From assembly GCA_964577335.1 (NCBI GenBank), contig CAZNYY010000001.1, forward strand, positions 1-41,617: a DNA stretch of 41,617 bases, written 5' to 3'. Shown here piece after piece: positions 27,531 to 37,252 of this stretch; within the stretch, counting starts at the first letter, position 1, and the number at the start of each line of letters is the position of its first letter. The notes beneath the pieces were generated by a model. That model was not told the origin of the DNA and did not search any database. It saw only the letters and a program-made list of their open reading frames with translations. This DNA comes from an uncultured Oscillospiraceae bacterium (GTDB lineage Bacteria; Bacillota; Clostridia; UMGS1883; UMGS1540). A program made the translations under genes and the position numbers.

Positions 27531-28301
27531 CTATTTATTTATTCGAACAATTTCCTCCGCCCTGCCGTCTTTATTTGTTTTTATAAACACAGCATTAACC
27601 CTGCGTTCACCCTCTGCCCCTTCAAAGCGGGAATAAACAGCAGAGGTAAAACGTGAAATTGCAATTTCCTTTTTTGCCCCTAATACGGAATGCAAAGCCC
27701 CGCACATACCCACATCTGTCATATAAGCCGTTTTGTTTGGCAGAATACATTCGTCCGCCGTTTGAACATGTGTATGTGTTCCAAAAACTGCGCTCACCCT
27801 GCCGTCAAGATAATATCCCATTGCCTTTTTTTCACTGGTAGCCTCGGCATGAAAGTCCAAAACAACATGCTCCGCCTTTCCCTTTATTTCCTCTAAAACC
27901 TCATCAATTGCGAAAAAGGGGTTTGACACGGGCAAATCCATATACAACCTTCCCAAAAGGTTTATAACCGCAAGTTTTTCGCCGTTTTTTGCGGTAAAAA
28001 TAAAATACCCCTGACCGGGGTCACCCTTGGGCAGGTTATACGGACGAATTATATTGTATTCGTCAAACAAATTAATAATTTCCTTCTTCGAGTAAACATG
28101 GTTTCCCATTGTGAAAACGTCTACCCCCGCCCTTGACAGGTCATATGCCGTGTCACGGCTAAGACCAAAGCCCCCCGCCGCATTTTCACCGTTTGCAATG
28201 CATACATCGGCATTATATTCTTCCCGCAGGTCATAAATTCTATCAAAGACAGCCTCCCTGCCGCTTCTTCCGCATATATCGGCAAAAAACAAAATATTCA
28301 A
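27531..28301 (-). CDS. ymdB: YmdB family metallophosphoesterase (2',3'-cyclic-nucleotide 2'-phosphodiesterase)
   Basis: 256 aa from the TTG at 28301 (GGAGTGA SD), reading (M)NILFFADICGRSGREAV...NGENAAGGFG. It is directly downstream of rny, as in B. subtilis. Confidence 0.88.
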   Translation of the reverse strand: MNILFFADICGRSGREAVFDRIYDLREEYNADVCIANGENAAGGFGLSRDTAYDLSRAGVDVFTMGNHVYSKKEIINLFDEYNIIRPYNLPKGDPGQGYFIFTAKNGEKLAVINLLGRLYMDLPVSNPFFAIDEVLEEIKGKAEHVVLDFHAEATSEKKAMGYYLDGRVSAVFGTHTHVQTADECILPNKTAYMTDVGMCGALHSVLGAKKEIAISRFTSAVYSRFEGAEGERRVNAVFIKTNKDGRAEEIVRINK

Positions 28302-28493
28302 TATATCACTCCATTTAAATATTCTATCATAAATCCGAAGGATTTTGATATAATGTCGCATCACCATTTCCGAACACAAGCGTGAAAAACTTCGGCGATG
28401 AGTAAAATCAACGTGCAATAACTGTTTTGCAGTTAATTGCATCATAAAAATTATTATACGGGACTGCGGCATATGCCGCAGTCCCGAAAATAA

Positions 28494-30023
28494 TTATTTT
28501 GCATATTCAACCGCACGGGTTTCCCTTATTACATTAACCTTAATCTGTCCCGGATATTCAAGTTCATTTTCGATCCGTTTTACAATTTCACGGGCAATAA
28601 GCAATGCGCTCTCATCGTTTACGTCCTCGGGCTTAACCATAATTCTAACTTCTCGACCGGCCTGTATTGCATAGGATTTTTCAACCCCTTGGAAGGAGTC
28701 TGCAATCTCCTCAAGCTTTTCAAGGCGTTTAATATAAGTTTCTATATTCTCCCTGCGTGCCCCCGGGCGTGCAGCGGAAATAGCATCTGACGCCTGAACG
28801 ATACATGCTATTAAAGTACTTGGCTCAACATCGCCGTGGTGGGCATGGATTGCATGGATAACCTCTTTACCCTCCTTATATTTCTTGGCTATATCAACAC
28901 CTATTGTAACATGGGATCCCTCAATTTCATGGTCAACCGCTTTGCCGATATCATGCAAAAGCCCTGCTCGTTTTGCTATTGTAATATCAGCACCAAGTTC
29001 TCCCGCAATAAGCCCTGCAAGGTGGGACACCTCAACAGAGTGTTTTAACACATTCTGACCGTAACTGGTCCTAAACCTCAGTTTACCCAAAAGCTTTATA
29101 AGCTCCGGATGCAGACCGTGGACACCCGTTTCAAAGGTTGCGTGTTCACCCTCTTGCTTAATAGTGGCATCAACCTCTTTTTTAGCTCTTTCAACCATTT
29201 CCTCAATTCTCGCAGGATGAATTCTACCGTCAACAATAAGCTTTTCAAGCGCCACCCTGGCAATTTCCCTTCTTATAGGGTCAAAGCCCGACAGGATAAC
29301 CGCCTCAGGCGTATCGTCAATTATCAAATCAATTCCTGTAAGCGTTTCAAGGGTTCTGATATTCCTTCCCTCACGCCCTATTATCCGCCCCTTCATCTCG
29401 TCATTCGGAAGGGACACAACCGAAACCGTCGTTTCCGCAACATGGTCTGCGGCACATTTTTGAATTGCAAGCCCTAAAATATTCTTGGCACGGTTTTCAG
29501 CCTCTTCTTTAGCCTGGTTTTCTATCTCTTTAATCATTATAGCCGTCTCATGACGAACTTCATTTTCAATATTTTTGAGAAGATAATCCTTGGCTTCCTC
29601 AGCAGTCAGCCCCGATATTTTTTCAAGCAACTCTATTTCTTTGTTTTTAAGCTTTAAAACCTCTTGCTTAACATCTTCAACACTTTTCAGCTTTTCATTT
29701 AACTTTTCTTCTTTAGTTTCGATGTTTTCTGTCTTTTTGTCAAGGTTTTCTTCTTTTTGCTGAATCCTTCGCTCTTGGCGGCTTAAATCACTCCGCCTCT
29801 CACGAACTTCCTTTTCATATTCCAGCCTGTTTTTATGAAGCTCTTCTTTAGCTTCAACCAAAATTTCTCGTTTTTTGCTTTCAGCGGCTTTTTTAGCCTG
29901 GTTTACAATATCCTTCGCCTTTTCTTCGGCACTTCCTATTTCAGCCTCCGCAATCTTTTTCCTGTATGCAACTCCTATCTGAAAGAAGATTATTGATGAA
30001 ATAATTGCAATTGCCAGCAGCAC
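28494..30023 (-). CDS. rny: ribonuclease Y
   Basis: N-terminal TM helix, coiled-coil, KH domain ([12 protein letters not shown]) and HD domain ([12 protein letters not shown]). The 5' end is uncertain: GTG 30023 has no usable SD, while a strong AAGGAGGTG sits 6 nt upstream of an in-frame ATA at 30056. Confidence 0.93.
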   Translation of the reverse strand: MLLAIAIISSIIFFQIGVAYRKKIAEAEIGSAEEKAKDIVNQAKKAAESKKREILVEAKEELHKNRLEYEKEVRERRSDLSRQERRIQQKEENLDKKTENIETKEEKLNEKLKSVEDVKQEVLKLKNKEIELLEKISGLTAEEAKDYLLKNIENEVRHETAIMIKEIENQAKEEAENRAKNILGLAIQKCAADHVAETTVSVVSLPNDEMKGRIIGREGRNIRTLETLTGIDLIIDDTPEAVILSGFDPIRREIARVALEKLIVDGRIHPARIEEMVERAKKEVDATIKQEGEHATFETGVHGLHPELIKLLGKLRFRTSYGQNVLKHSVEVSHLAGLIAGELGADITIAKRAGLLHDIGKAVDHEIEGSHVTIGVDIAKKYKEGKEVIHAIHAHHGDVEPSTLIACIVQASDAISAARPGARRENIETYIKRLEKLEEIADSFQGVEKSYAIQAGREVRIMVKPEDVNDESALLIAREIVKRIENELEYPGQIKVNVIRETRAVEYAK

Positions 30024-30157
30024 TCCGCTGATGATATAAACTGTAACGGGTTCTATAACTCACACCTCCTTAGTAAAATTGTATAAATTTTTCAACACAC
30101 AATTAATCCATATCCATGCAATATGTATATGCCGAGCAAAGCATACACTATTTATAT

Positions 30158-30186
30158 AGTTTAATCTTTTTTTTCACACTTGTCAA
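30158..30186 (-). promoter_or_regulatory. sigma-A-type promoter of rny-ymdB
   Basis: Minus strand has TTGACA, a 17-nt spacer, then TAAACT. This implies a leader of about 100 nt. Confidence 0.45.
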
Positions 30187-30192
30187 GAAAAA

Positions 30193-31044
30193 TCATGCAT
30201 TCTTCTGAATTTTACAGGCTCGAACCGTGTTTTTCATAAGCATTGCCCTTGTCATCAGCCCAACACCCCCCGGAACAGGGGTAATAAAGCCCGCCACCTT
30301 TGACACTCCCTCAAAATCCACATCTCCGCACAGCTTGCCGTCTGCACGGTTCATACCGACATCTATTACAACCGCTCCCTCCTTCACCATATCCGCAGTT
30401 ATAAAGTTGGCACGTCCTACCGCCGCTACCAATATATCCGCGTTTTTTGTTTTGGAAGCAAGGTCATGTGTTTTCGAATGACAAACCGTAACCGTGGCAT
30501 TACTATGCAAAAGCATCATTGCCTGCGGTTTTCCTACAATGTTGCTGCGCCCCACAACCACGCAGTCACGCCCTTCGATGGATATCCCGCTTTCACGGAT
30601 AAGCTCCATCACACCGCCCGGGGTACAGGGCACAAAATCATAATTACCTATCATTATTTTACCCACGTTTACGGGGTGAAAAGCGTCAACATCTTTAGCG
30701 GGGTCAATTGCATAAATCACTTTTTCCTCGTTAATATGCTCAGGCAACGGAAGCTGAACCAATATTCCGTTCACATCCTCCCTGCCATTTAACACTTCAA
30801 TAATTTCCAATATCTGTTCTTCGCTGGTTTCCCTCGGCAGGGCATACTCCTCCGAGTAAATTCCTATTTCCTCGCAGTCCCTCTTTTTCCCGTCCACATA
30901 AACACGGGATGCGGGGTCCCCCTCCACGATTATAACCGCAAGCCTTGGCATAATACCTTCATTTTTTAATTTTTGAACCGTTTCTTTTAAACTTTCCTTT
31001 ATTCTTTTGGACACCTTTTTTCCGTCTAAAATTGTTGCCGGCAT
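30193..31044 (-). CDS. folD: bifunctional methylenetetrahydrofolate dehydrogenase/methenyltetrahydrofolate cyclohydrolase
   Basis: 283 aa with the FolD N-terminus ([15 protein letters not shown]) and GRSNIVGKP motif. ATG with GGAGA SD. Confidence 0.94.
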   Translation of the reverse strand: MPATILDGKKVSKRIKESLKETVQKLKNEGIMPRLAVIIVEGDPASRVYVDGKKRDCEEIGIYSEEYALPRETSEEQILEIIEVLNGREDVNGILVQLPLPEHINEEKVIYAIDPAKDVDAFHPVNVGKIMIGNYDFVPCTPGGVMELIRESGISIEGRDCVVVGRSNIVGKPQAMMLLHSNATVTVCHSKTHDLASKTKNADILVAAVGRANFITADMVKEGAVVIDVGMNRADGKLCGDVDFEGVSKVAGFITPVPGGVGLMTRAMLMKNTVRACKIQKNA

Positions 31045-32845
31045 TTTTATTCTCCTTCCTTGGTCTTATAAGACAATCGGGTGAATTGCCTATTAAATCC
31101 GTCCTTCCCGCCTCTGTCAAAGCCTTATAAACCGTTTCGTAATTTTCGGGCTTAGAAAACTGTAAGAGAGCCCTTTGCATTGCTTTTTCCTTTTGTGTTT
31201 TGGGAACATATATTTGCTCCCCGCTCATGGGGTCTACCCCCGTGTGATACATGGCAGTGGATATGGTGCCGGGTGTCGGATAAAAATCCTGCACCTGCTG
31301 CGGGCGCAGATTATTTTTCTTTAAAAACACAGCAAGTTCTATTGCCTCCCTCAGCCCGCTGCCCGGATGGCTTGACATGAGGTATGGAACCAAATACTGC
31401 TCCTTACCCAACTTTTTATTTGCATCATAAAACTTTTCACTAAAGCGTTTGTACACCTCCGCCGGGGGTTTCCCCATGGCACGCAAAACCTTGTTCGAAA
31501 CATGCTCGGGCGCAACTTTTAACTGTCCGCTGACATGGTGCTGGCAAAGTTCACCCAAAAACTTGTCGTTCTTATCCTGCAAAAGGTAATCATAGCGAAT
31601 ACCCGAGCGTATGAAAACTTTTTTTATCCCTTCAATGGAGCGCATTTCACGAAGAATATCAGAGTATTCGGCATGGTCAGCATCAAGATTTTCACAGGGT
31701 TTTGGAAAAAGACATCGCTTGTTTTTGCATGAGCCGTATTTAAGCTGTTTTTTGCAGGCGGGTCGCCTGAAATTCGCCGTAGGTCCCCCCACATCATGTA
31801 TATATCCTTTAAAATCAGGGTTGTAAACCATATTTTTAGCCTCGTTTACAAGCGATTCCTTACTTCGGCTTTGCACAATACGCCCCTGATGAAAGGTTAA
31901 TGCACAGAAATTGCAACTGCCAAAACATCCCCTCTCCGAGGTAATGCTAAAACGAACCTCGGCAATTGCCGGTACCCCCTCGGGGTACATGGGATGCACC
32001 TCACGAGTGTAGGGCAGCGCATAAACCCTGTCAAGCTCCTGCCTTCCAAGCGGCATTTGCGGCGCATTTTGCACCAAAAATTTGCCCTGATGCGCCTGAG
32101 CCATTACCTTGCCCGTCACAGGGTCTTGGTTTTCATATTCAAGTTTTACCGCCCGGGAATATTTTAGTTTGTCTGCCCGAACCTCCTCGAATGAGGGCAG
32201 AGCAATGGCATCCATCGGCATTTCTCCCGAAAGATAACAAGTGCCCCTAATCCATGTAATATTTTTTATCCCTATACCACTGTCAAGGGCGTCTGCCACC
32301 TCTGTAATTTGGTTTTCGCCCATGCCATATCCAAGCAAATCCGCACGGCTGTCTACCAAAACACTTCTTCTTACACGGTCCTCCCAGTAATCATAATGCG
32401 CAAATCGGCGCAGGCTTGCTTCAATGCCTCCTATTATAACAGGAATGTCGCCAAACGCCTCCCTGATGCGGTTTGTATAGACAATAACGCACCTGTCCGG
32501 CCGCATACCCGCACGCCCCCCGTGGGAATACGAGTCATCCCGACGGGGCTTTCTTGCCGCAGTATAGTGATTTACCATTGAGTCAATATTCCCGCCCGAA
32601 ATTAAAACCCCAAGGCGGGGGCGCCCAAGTTTTAAAAAGTCGTCTTTACTCCTCCAATCGGGCTGGGGCAAAATAGCCACCCTGTACCCCTGCGCCGTGA
32701 GAACCCTCGAAATTATTGCATGGGCAAATGCGGGGTGGTCAACATACGCATCCCCCGTTACAAGCAGGAAGTCATAATACTCCCAGCCAAGCTCATCCAT
32801 ATCATTTTTACAAACGGGCAAAAACCCTTCAGAAACCGATGACAT
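30959..32845 (-). CDS. ygiQ: YgiQ family (UPF0313) radical SAM protein
   Basis: 628 aa with a CxxxCxxC cluster (CFGSCNFC) and YgiQ-like architecture. Its basic C-terminal tail runs 86 nt into folD. Confidence 0.85.
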   Translation of the reverse strand: MSSVSEGFLPVCKNDMDELGWEYYDFLLVTGDAYVDHPAFAHAIISRVLTAQGYRVAILPQPDWRSKDDFLKLGRPRLGVLISGGNIDSMVNHYTAARKPRRDDSYSHGGRAGMRPDRCVIVYTNRIREAFGDIPVIIGGIEASLRRFAHYDYWEDRVRRSVLVDSRADLLGYGMGENQITEVADALDSGIGIKNITWIRGTCYLSGEMPMDAIALPSFEEVRADKLKYSRAVKLEYENQDPVTGKVMAQAHQGKFLVQNAPQMPLGRQELDRVYALPYTREVHPMYPEGVPAIAEVRFSITSERGCFGSCNFCALTFHQGRIVQSRSKESLVNEAKNMVYNPDFKGYIHDVGGPTANFRRPACKKQLKYGSCKNKRCLFPKPCENLDADHAEYSDILREMRSIEGIKKVFIRSGIRYDYLLQDKNDKFLGELCQHHVSGQLKVAPEHVSNKVLRAMGKPPAEVYKRFSEKFYDANKKLGKEQYLVPYLMSSHPGSGLREAIELAVFLKKNNLRPQQVQDFYPTPGTISTAMYHTGVDPMSGEQIYVPKTQKEKAMQRALLQFSKPENYETVYKALTEAGRTDLIGNSPDCLIRPRKENKNAGNNFRRKKGVQKNKGKFKRNGSKIKK

Positions 32846-32853
32846 TATAACCT

Positions 32854-35097
32854 CTATTCTGTATTCATGCTCATTTCATAAAACTCCTGACGGGTTATTA
32901 AAACCTGCCTGGGTTTGGAGCCCTCATGAGGACCTATAATCCCCCTTGCCTCCATTTGGTCCACAATTCGCCCGGCACGGCTGTAACCCACTTTCAGTCT
33001 GCGCTGTACAAGAGAGACCGATGCCTGCCCCGCATCAACCACTATTTCTATCGCCTGCGGCAGCAGCTCGTCCGCGGCACCTTCATCTTCTTCTTTCTCT
33101 CCGCCGCTTTGAATTTTTTCAAGGATTTCCTCATCGTAAGTTGCGTCAAAGCCATTTTTAATGTAATCTACAATATTCTCAACCTCTTTGTCGGAGATAT
33201 AAGCACCCTGAACCCTTGTCGGCTTTGACGCACCCACCGGCAGGTACAGCATATCCCCCCTACCCAAAAGTTTTTCCGCACCCATCATATCAAGAATCGT
33301 CCTCGAATCAATTTGGCTTGACACCGCAAAAGAAATCCTCGACGGAATGTTTGCCTTTATAAGACCGGTGATAACATCCACCGAAGGTCTTTGGGTTGCA
33401 ATTACAAGGTGCATCCCCGCCGCACGTGCCATCTGTGCCAGGCGGCATATTGCATCCTCAACATCGTGGGGGGCAACCATCATAAGGTCTGAAAGCTCGT
33501 CAATAATAATAACTATTTTCTCAAGTAAATCAAGCTCCTCCTGTAAGGCATAGTCATTGTAGCCGCCAATATCCCGCACATTGCAGTCGGCAAACATTTT
33601 ATACCTGTTTGTCATCTCACTAACCGCCCAGTTTAACGCACCCGCCGCTTTTCTCGGGTCGGTCACAACAGGAATTAAAAGGTGTGGTATGCCGTTATAT
33701 ACACCAAGTTCCACCACCTTAGGGTCAATCATCAAAAGCTTAACCTCATTGGGGTTTGCCTTATATATAATACTTGTTATAAGCGTGTTTATGCTTACAC
33801 TTTTACCCGAACCGGTAGCCCCCGCAATCAACAGATGTGGCATTTTTGAAATATCCGCCACAATGGGTTTACCCGATATATCCTTGCCGAGGGCAAACGC
33901 TGTTTTTGATTTGAAGCTTGTAAATTCTTTTGACTCCAAAACATCCTTAAGTGAAACCGTGGAAATAGACTGGTTGGGAATTTCAATACCAACCGCCGCC
34001 TTCCCCGGGATGGGCGCTTCAATACGAACGCCGAAGGCCGCAAGGTTTAGGGCAATATCATCCGCAAGGTTTACAATTTTGCTAACTTTAACCCCTGCGC
34101 TCGGCTGAAGTTCAAACCTTGTCACACTGGGTCCCCGGCTGACCTCAAGCACCTTTGCTTCCACCCCGAAACTTTTCAGCGTGTCAACAAGTTTTTTTGC
34201 TTTCTCCCTTAAATCCTCCGGCTTTATCTTTCCGGTAGATGATGCATGGTTTTCAAGCAGACTGGGGGGTGGGAATTTATAATCAATAACCGGCTTTGCC
34301 TTTTCTATTTCCTTTTCAATCTCCTCGGCATCCACCGCTTTCACCTTTTTTTCGGCAGGCTTGTCCGCCTCGGGTGCAGGCTTTTCCTCCACCGCATCGG
34401 ATAATCCCAATTGGTCATTAGTAAATATTTTTATTTCAGGTTCAAACGGTTCCTCCTCCTTTTTGGGGGGAGTTGTTTCCCTCTTATTTTTTAATTTTGA
34501 CTCATATTCATATACATATTCTTCTTTTTCTTGCTGTGAACGTTCCCTTATTTTCTCCGCCGCTGATTTTAGGATGTCGGATAATGAAATTTTGGTAAGC
34601 GCAATAATCATAATCACCGCAAGCGCCAAAAGCAGTACAAATGCTCCCCACTTGCTGGCAAAGAGGGCAAGCGGGGTTGCAATTATGCCGCCTATAACCC
34701 CTCCGCCTTCATTTAATATTCCCAGGTGATAATAGTCCACAACACCGGTAAATTCATATGATGAAAACAGGTGGAAAAACGCACTGACAATAAAGAGTAT
34801 GCCGCCTGTCAGCAGTATGCCCCGTGTGCTTATCTCTCTCTTTATTATAAATTTTACCCCTCCATAGGTTACCAAAGCGGGCAGCACAAACGAAGGTATA
34901 CCAAGCATACCCCTGCCAAAGCTTTTTAAAAACTCTCCAAAGGGACCCGTGGCATCAAAATAAAAGCTTAGTATTAAAATTACACCAAACGCCGTGAGCA
35001 AAACCGCCCAAATTTCTGAAACAAGCGGATTTTTCTGCGGTTTTTCTGCCTGCTTCGGCTTGGTCTTGCCCTTTGTAATCCTGCGCCTCTGTTCCAT
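32854..35097 (-). CDS. ftsK: DNA translocase FtsK/SpoIIIE
   Basis: 747 aa with N-terminal TM segments, a linker, a motor domain with Walker [10 protein letters not shown], and a C-terminal gamma (winged-helix) domain. Confidence 0.94.
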   Translation of the reverse strand: MEQRRRITKGKTKPKQAEKPQKNPLVSEIWAVLLTAFGVILILSFYFDATGPFGEFLKSFGRGMLGIPSFVLPALVTYGGVKFIIKREISTRGILLTGGILFIVSAFFHLFSSYEFTGVVDYYHLGILNEGGGVIGGIIATPLALFASKWGAFVLLLALAVIMIIALTKISLSDILKSAAEKIRERSQQEKEEYVYEYESKLKNKRETTPPKKEEEPFEPEIKIFTNDQLGLSDAVEEKPAPEADKPAEKKVKAVDAEEIEKEIEKAKPVIDYKFPPPSLLENHASSTGKIKPEDLREKAKKLVDTLKSFGVEAKVLEVSRGPSVTRFELQPSAGVKVSKIVNLADDIALNLAAFGVRIEAPIPGKAAVGIEIPNQSISTVSLKDVLESKEFTSFKSKTAFALGKDISGKPIVADISKMPHLLIAGATGSGKSVSINTLITSIIYKANPNEVKLLMIDPKVVELGVYNGIPHLLIPVVTDPRKAAGALNWAVSEMTNRYKMFADCNVRDIGGYNDYALQEELDLLEKIVIIIDELSDLMMVAPHDVEDAICRLAQMARAAGMHLVIATQRPSVDVITGLIKANIPSRISFAVSSQIDSRTILDMMGAEKLLGRGDMLYLPVGASKPTRVQGAYISDKEVENIVDYIKNGFDATYDEEILEKIQSGGEKEEDEGAADELLPQAIEIVVDAGQASVSLVQRRLKVGYSRAGRIVDQMEARGIIGPHEGSKPRQVLITRQEFYEMSMNTE

Positions 35098-35173
35098 AAT
35101 AAATTGCCTTTCCGACCCGTGAAAATTCTTAAAACCTTCCCCTGCGGGTCACAGAACAAAGGTTTTAGACGGT

Positions 35174-36004
35174 TTACCTGACAATACTAAGCACGACGGT
35201 AAGCACTCCCGCCGCTGCACAATAGTAAGAAAACATATGAAATTTCTTATCTTTTATAAGTTTAAGTAAAAACTTTATCGCCGCAAATCCGCTTACTGCG
35301 GAAACCGCCACACCAAAAACAGCGGGACCCACAGGCATATGAAAACCCGTTCCGACTACATCTTTAAAATCCAAAACCGCCGCACCCAAAACTGCCGGGA
35401 TTGACAGCAAAAATGAAAATTTAATGGCAAACTCTCTCCCAAAACCCGCAAAAAGCCCTCCCACTATCGTAGAGCCCGAGCGGCTGATACCCGGTATAAT
35501 TGCCGCCGCCTGAAACAGCCCCACAAATACCGAGGATGAAATCCCCGCATTTTCGGCAGTTTTTCTGCCGCTTACAATCCTGTCGCTTATGTACAAGAGA
35601 AATGCGGTTATCATCAGCCCAATCCCCACAACATAAAGATGTTTTGAAGGGATTTCTTCAACAAAATCTTTAATCAAAAACCCGACTATCGCAGCGGGGA
35701 TAGTTCCCAAAATAAGCATTACAACAAGCCGCCTGTAAGGGGTTTTCATGTTCGGTTTCCCCCGAAGTGCATCCCAAACCATACCAAAAAACTCTTTTAT
35801 AAGTATCCCGATATCCCTGTAATACACTGCAAAAACCGCCGCCAATGTACCCAGATGCAAGAGAATGTCAAATGTCAGCGAAGCCTCAAAAAAATCCCCG
35901 CCGAACAAATTTTTAAAAATTGCAAGATGACCCGAGCTTGAAACGGGCAAAAACTCAGTCAAACCCTGTACAAGCCCTAAAATACCGGCTTTTAAATATT
36001 CCAT
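35174..36004 (-). CDS. uppP: undecaprenyl-diphosphate phosphatase
   Basis: 276-aa BacA/UppP membrane protein with LTEFLPVSSSGHL and the PGISRSG motif. Confidence 0.94.
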   Translation of the reverse strand: MEYLKAGILGLVQGLTEFLPVSSSGHLAIFKNLFGGDFFEASLTFDILLHLGTLAAVFAVYYRDIGILIKEFFGMVWDALRGKPNMKTPYRRLVVMLILGTIPAAIVGFLIKDFVEEIPSKHLYVVGIGLMITAFLLYISDRIVSGRKTAENAGISSSVFVGLFQAAAIIPGISRSGSTIVGGLFAGFGREFAIKFSFLLSIPAVLGAAVLDFKDVVGTGFHMPVGPAVFGVAVSAVSGFAAIKFLLKLIKDKKFHMFSYYCAAAGVLTVVLSIVR

Positions 36005-36097
36005 ATTCCCCTCCGAAGCAAATTTACTGTCTGCTATTTAGTATAACATACTAAAAGATTTTTTTCTATATTTTTCTAAAAAATTTTCCGTCTTAAG

Positions 36098-36139
36098 TTC
36101 CATAGCCTTTCCGCCTATAAAATAAAAATAATAAATTCA
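36098..36139 (+). repeat. 42-bp direct repeat, copy 1
   Basis: ttccatagcctttccgcctataaaataaaaataataaattca, identical to 36270-36311. Confidence 0.95.
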
Positions 36140-36244
36140 TCATTCCTTATTGTGAGCGGGTAAGGCGGATAATGGAACTTATGCGCATCGCCGTCTCGTC
36201 CGCAGACGAGAATTTCGGCGGCGCGGTAAATTCCGCCGGAGGCT

Positions 36245-36268
36245 TTAGTTTGAATTTATTCAAACTAA
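36245..36268. repeat. AT-rich palindromic hairpin
   Basis: TTAGTTTGAA-TTTA-TTCAAACTAA (10-bp arms). The 10-mer TAGTTTGAAT also occurs at 13568-13577 (+) and 36308-36317 (-). Confidence 0.85.
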
Positions 36269-36269
36269 T

Positions 36270-36311
36270 TTCCATAGCCTTTCCGCCTATAAAATAAAAA
36301 TAATAAATTCA
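36270..36311 (+). repeat. 42-bp direct repeat, copy 2
   Basis: 42/42 identical to 36098-36139, in the same orientation and 172 bp downstream. It ends 2 nt before the AEC gene stop codon. Confidence 0.95.
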
Positions 36312-36313
36312 AA

Positions 36314-37252
36314 CTAAAAAATTCCCATTGTTTTCATTACCATCATTCCTGAAAAAATAGTGAAAAAGCACATTGCAGTGCTGATTATAACTATATTCCC
36401 CGCAAGGTGGTAGTCCCCGCCCATGTTCCTCGCCATGGTGTAACTTGAAATTGCGGCAGGTGTTGCTAAAAACAAATACATCACGCCAAGCTTTGCCCCT
36501 TCAATCCCCACAAGCCATGCGGGAAATATGAACACAAGGGGTGTTAGGAGTGTTTTAATAACAGAGGCAATAACGGCAAGTTTCATGGTTTTTTTTGCTT
36601 TTGACAGCACAAACGAGCCGCCTATTACAATCAGCGACAGGGGAACGCACATCTGGCCTATGTATTCAAGAGGTTTCATAATTACCACGGGCAACGAGAT
36701 TTTTAAAAGAGAAACAATCACCCCCAGTGCCGCACCTATGATTATCGGGTTTTTCGCAATGCCTTTAAGTGTCTTACTAATTCCCCCTTCGGAGGACAGA
36801 AACCTTGTCAGGAGTACCACCGCAAGAACATTGTATACAGGTACGCAAATCGCCAAAAGAACGGATGCGTTTACGGCTATCTCGGGCGAAAAAAGCGCTT
36901 TGGTCAAGGGCACACCCAAAATCGCATAATTTGAACGGAATATACCCTGCGCAAAAGAAGCCCTTATTTTTCTGTCCTTCACCGAACCCGATGCAAACAG
37001 AGCCACAAAAAACATAATAACCGTTATCAGCACCGCTACCAAAACCAGTTTTCCGTCAAATTCTTCCGTAATGTTTATCGTGGCAATATCAAGAAAAACC
37101 ATCGTGGGCAGGGCTACCCTAAACACAAGGTTGTTTGCCTTTTCGGTAAAAGCGTCATTAATGATATCAATTTTTTTCAGGAACGCACCTAGCCCCACCA
37201 GTAAAAATATAGGCACAATACCGTTTATACAACTTATGAGATTTTGTAACAT
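36314..37252 (-). CDS. AEC (auxin efflux carrier) family transporter
   Basis: 312-aa polytopic membrane protein with an AEC-like N-terminus. ATG with AGGAGGA SD. Confidence 0.82.
   Translation of the reverse strand: MLQNLISCINGIVPIFLLVGLGAFLKKIDIINDAFTEKANNLVFRVALPTMVFLDIATINITEEFDGKLVLVAVLITVIMFFVALFASGSVKDRKIRASFAQGIFRSNYAILGVPLTKALFSPEIAVNASVLLAICVPVYNVLAVVLLTRFLSSEGGISKTLKGIAKNPIIIGAALGVIVSLLKISLPVVIMKPLEYIGQMCVPLSLIVIGGSFVLSKAKKTMKLAVIASVIKTLLTPLVFIFPAWLVGIEGAKLGVMYLFLATPAAISSYTMARNMGGDYHLAGNIVIISTAMCFFTIFSGMMVMKTMGIF

Noticed and set aside
28302-28472. N-terminal 57-codon extension of ymdB in the ORF track
   Set aside because: The extension is unlike YmdB. A good SD (GGAGTGA) precedes TTG 28301, which yields the canonical (M)NILFFADICG start.
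36189-36220. Resemblance of minus-strand GGACGAGACGGCG to part of the guanidine-III (ykkC-III) riboswitch consensus
   Set aside because: Only a short stretch matches, and here it is explained by a simple local hairpin. I could not find the pseudoknot partner (ACCCGG-type) segment. The downstream gene is uppP, not a guanidine exporter or carboxylase.
36245-36268. ARG-box-like palindrome TGAAT..ATTCA (ArgR/AhrC operator)
   Set aside because: The spacing is TGAAT-TT-ATTCA (2 nt) rather than the 4 W positions of an ARG box. No arginine genes are nearby.
36147-36297. Small ORFs across the GC-rich core: 41 aa on the plus strand (36172-36297) and 42 aa on the minus strand (36275-36147)
   Set aside because: Both strands are open over the same stretch, which fits chance in GC-rich sequence. 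The SD-like sequences (AAGGCGG, AGGCGG) are mismatched or badly spaced. Neither peptide is hydrophobic or recognisable. I kept them only as a note under the main finding.
36098-36311. Possible CRISPR array, because of identical 42-bp direct repeats
   Set aside because: There are only two copies with a 130-bp interval. The repeat is AT-rich, non-palindromic and promoter-like, and no cas genes are present.
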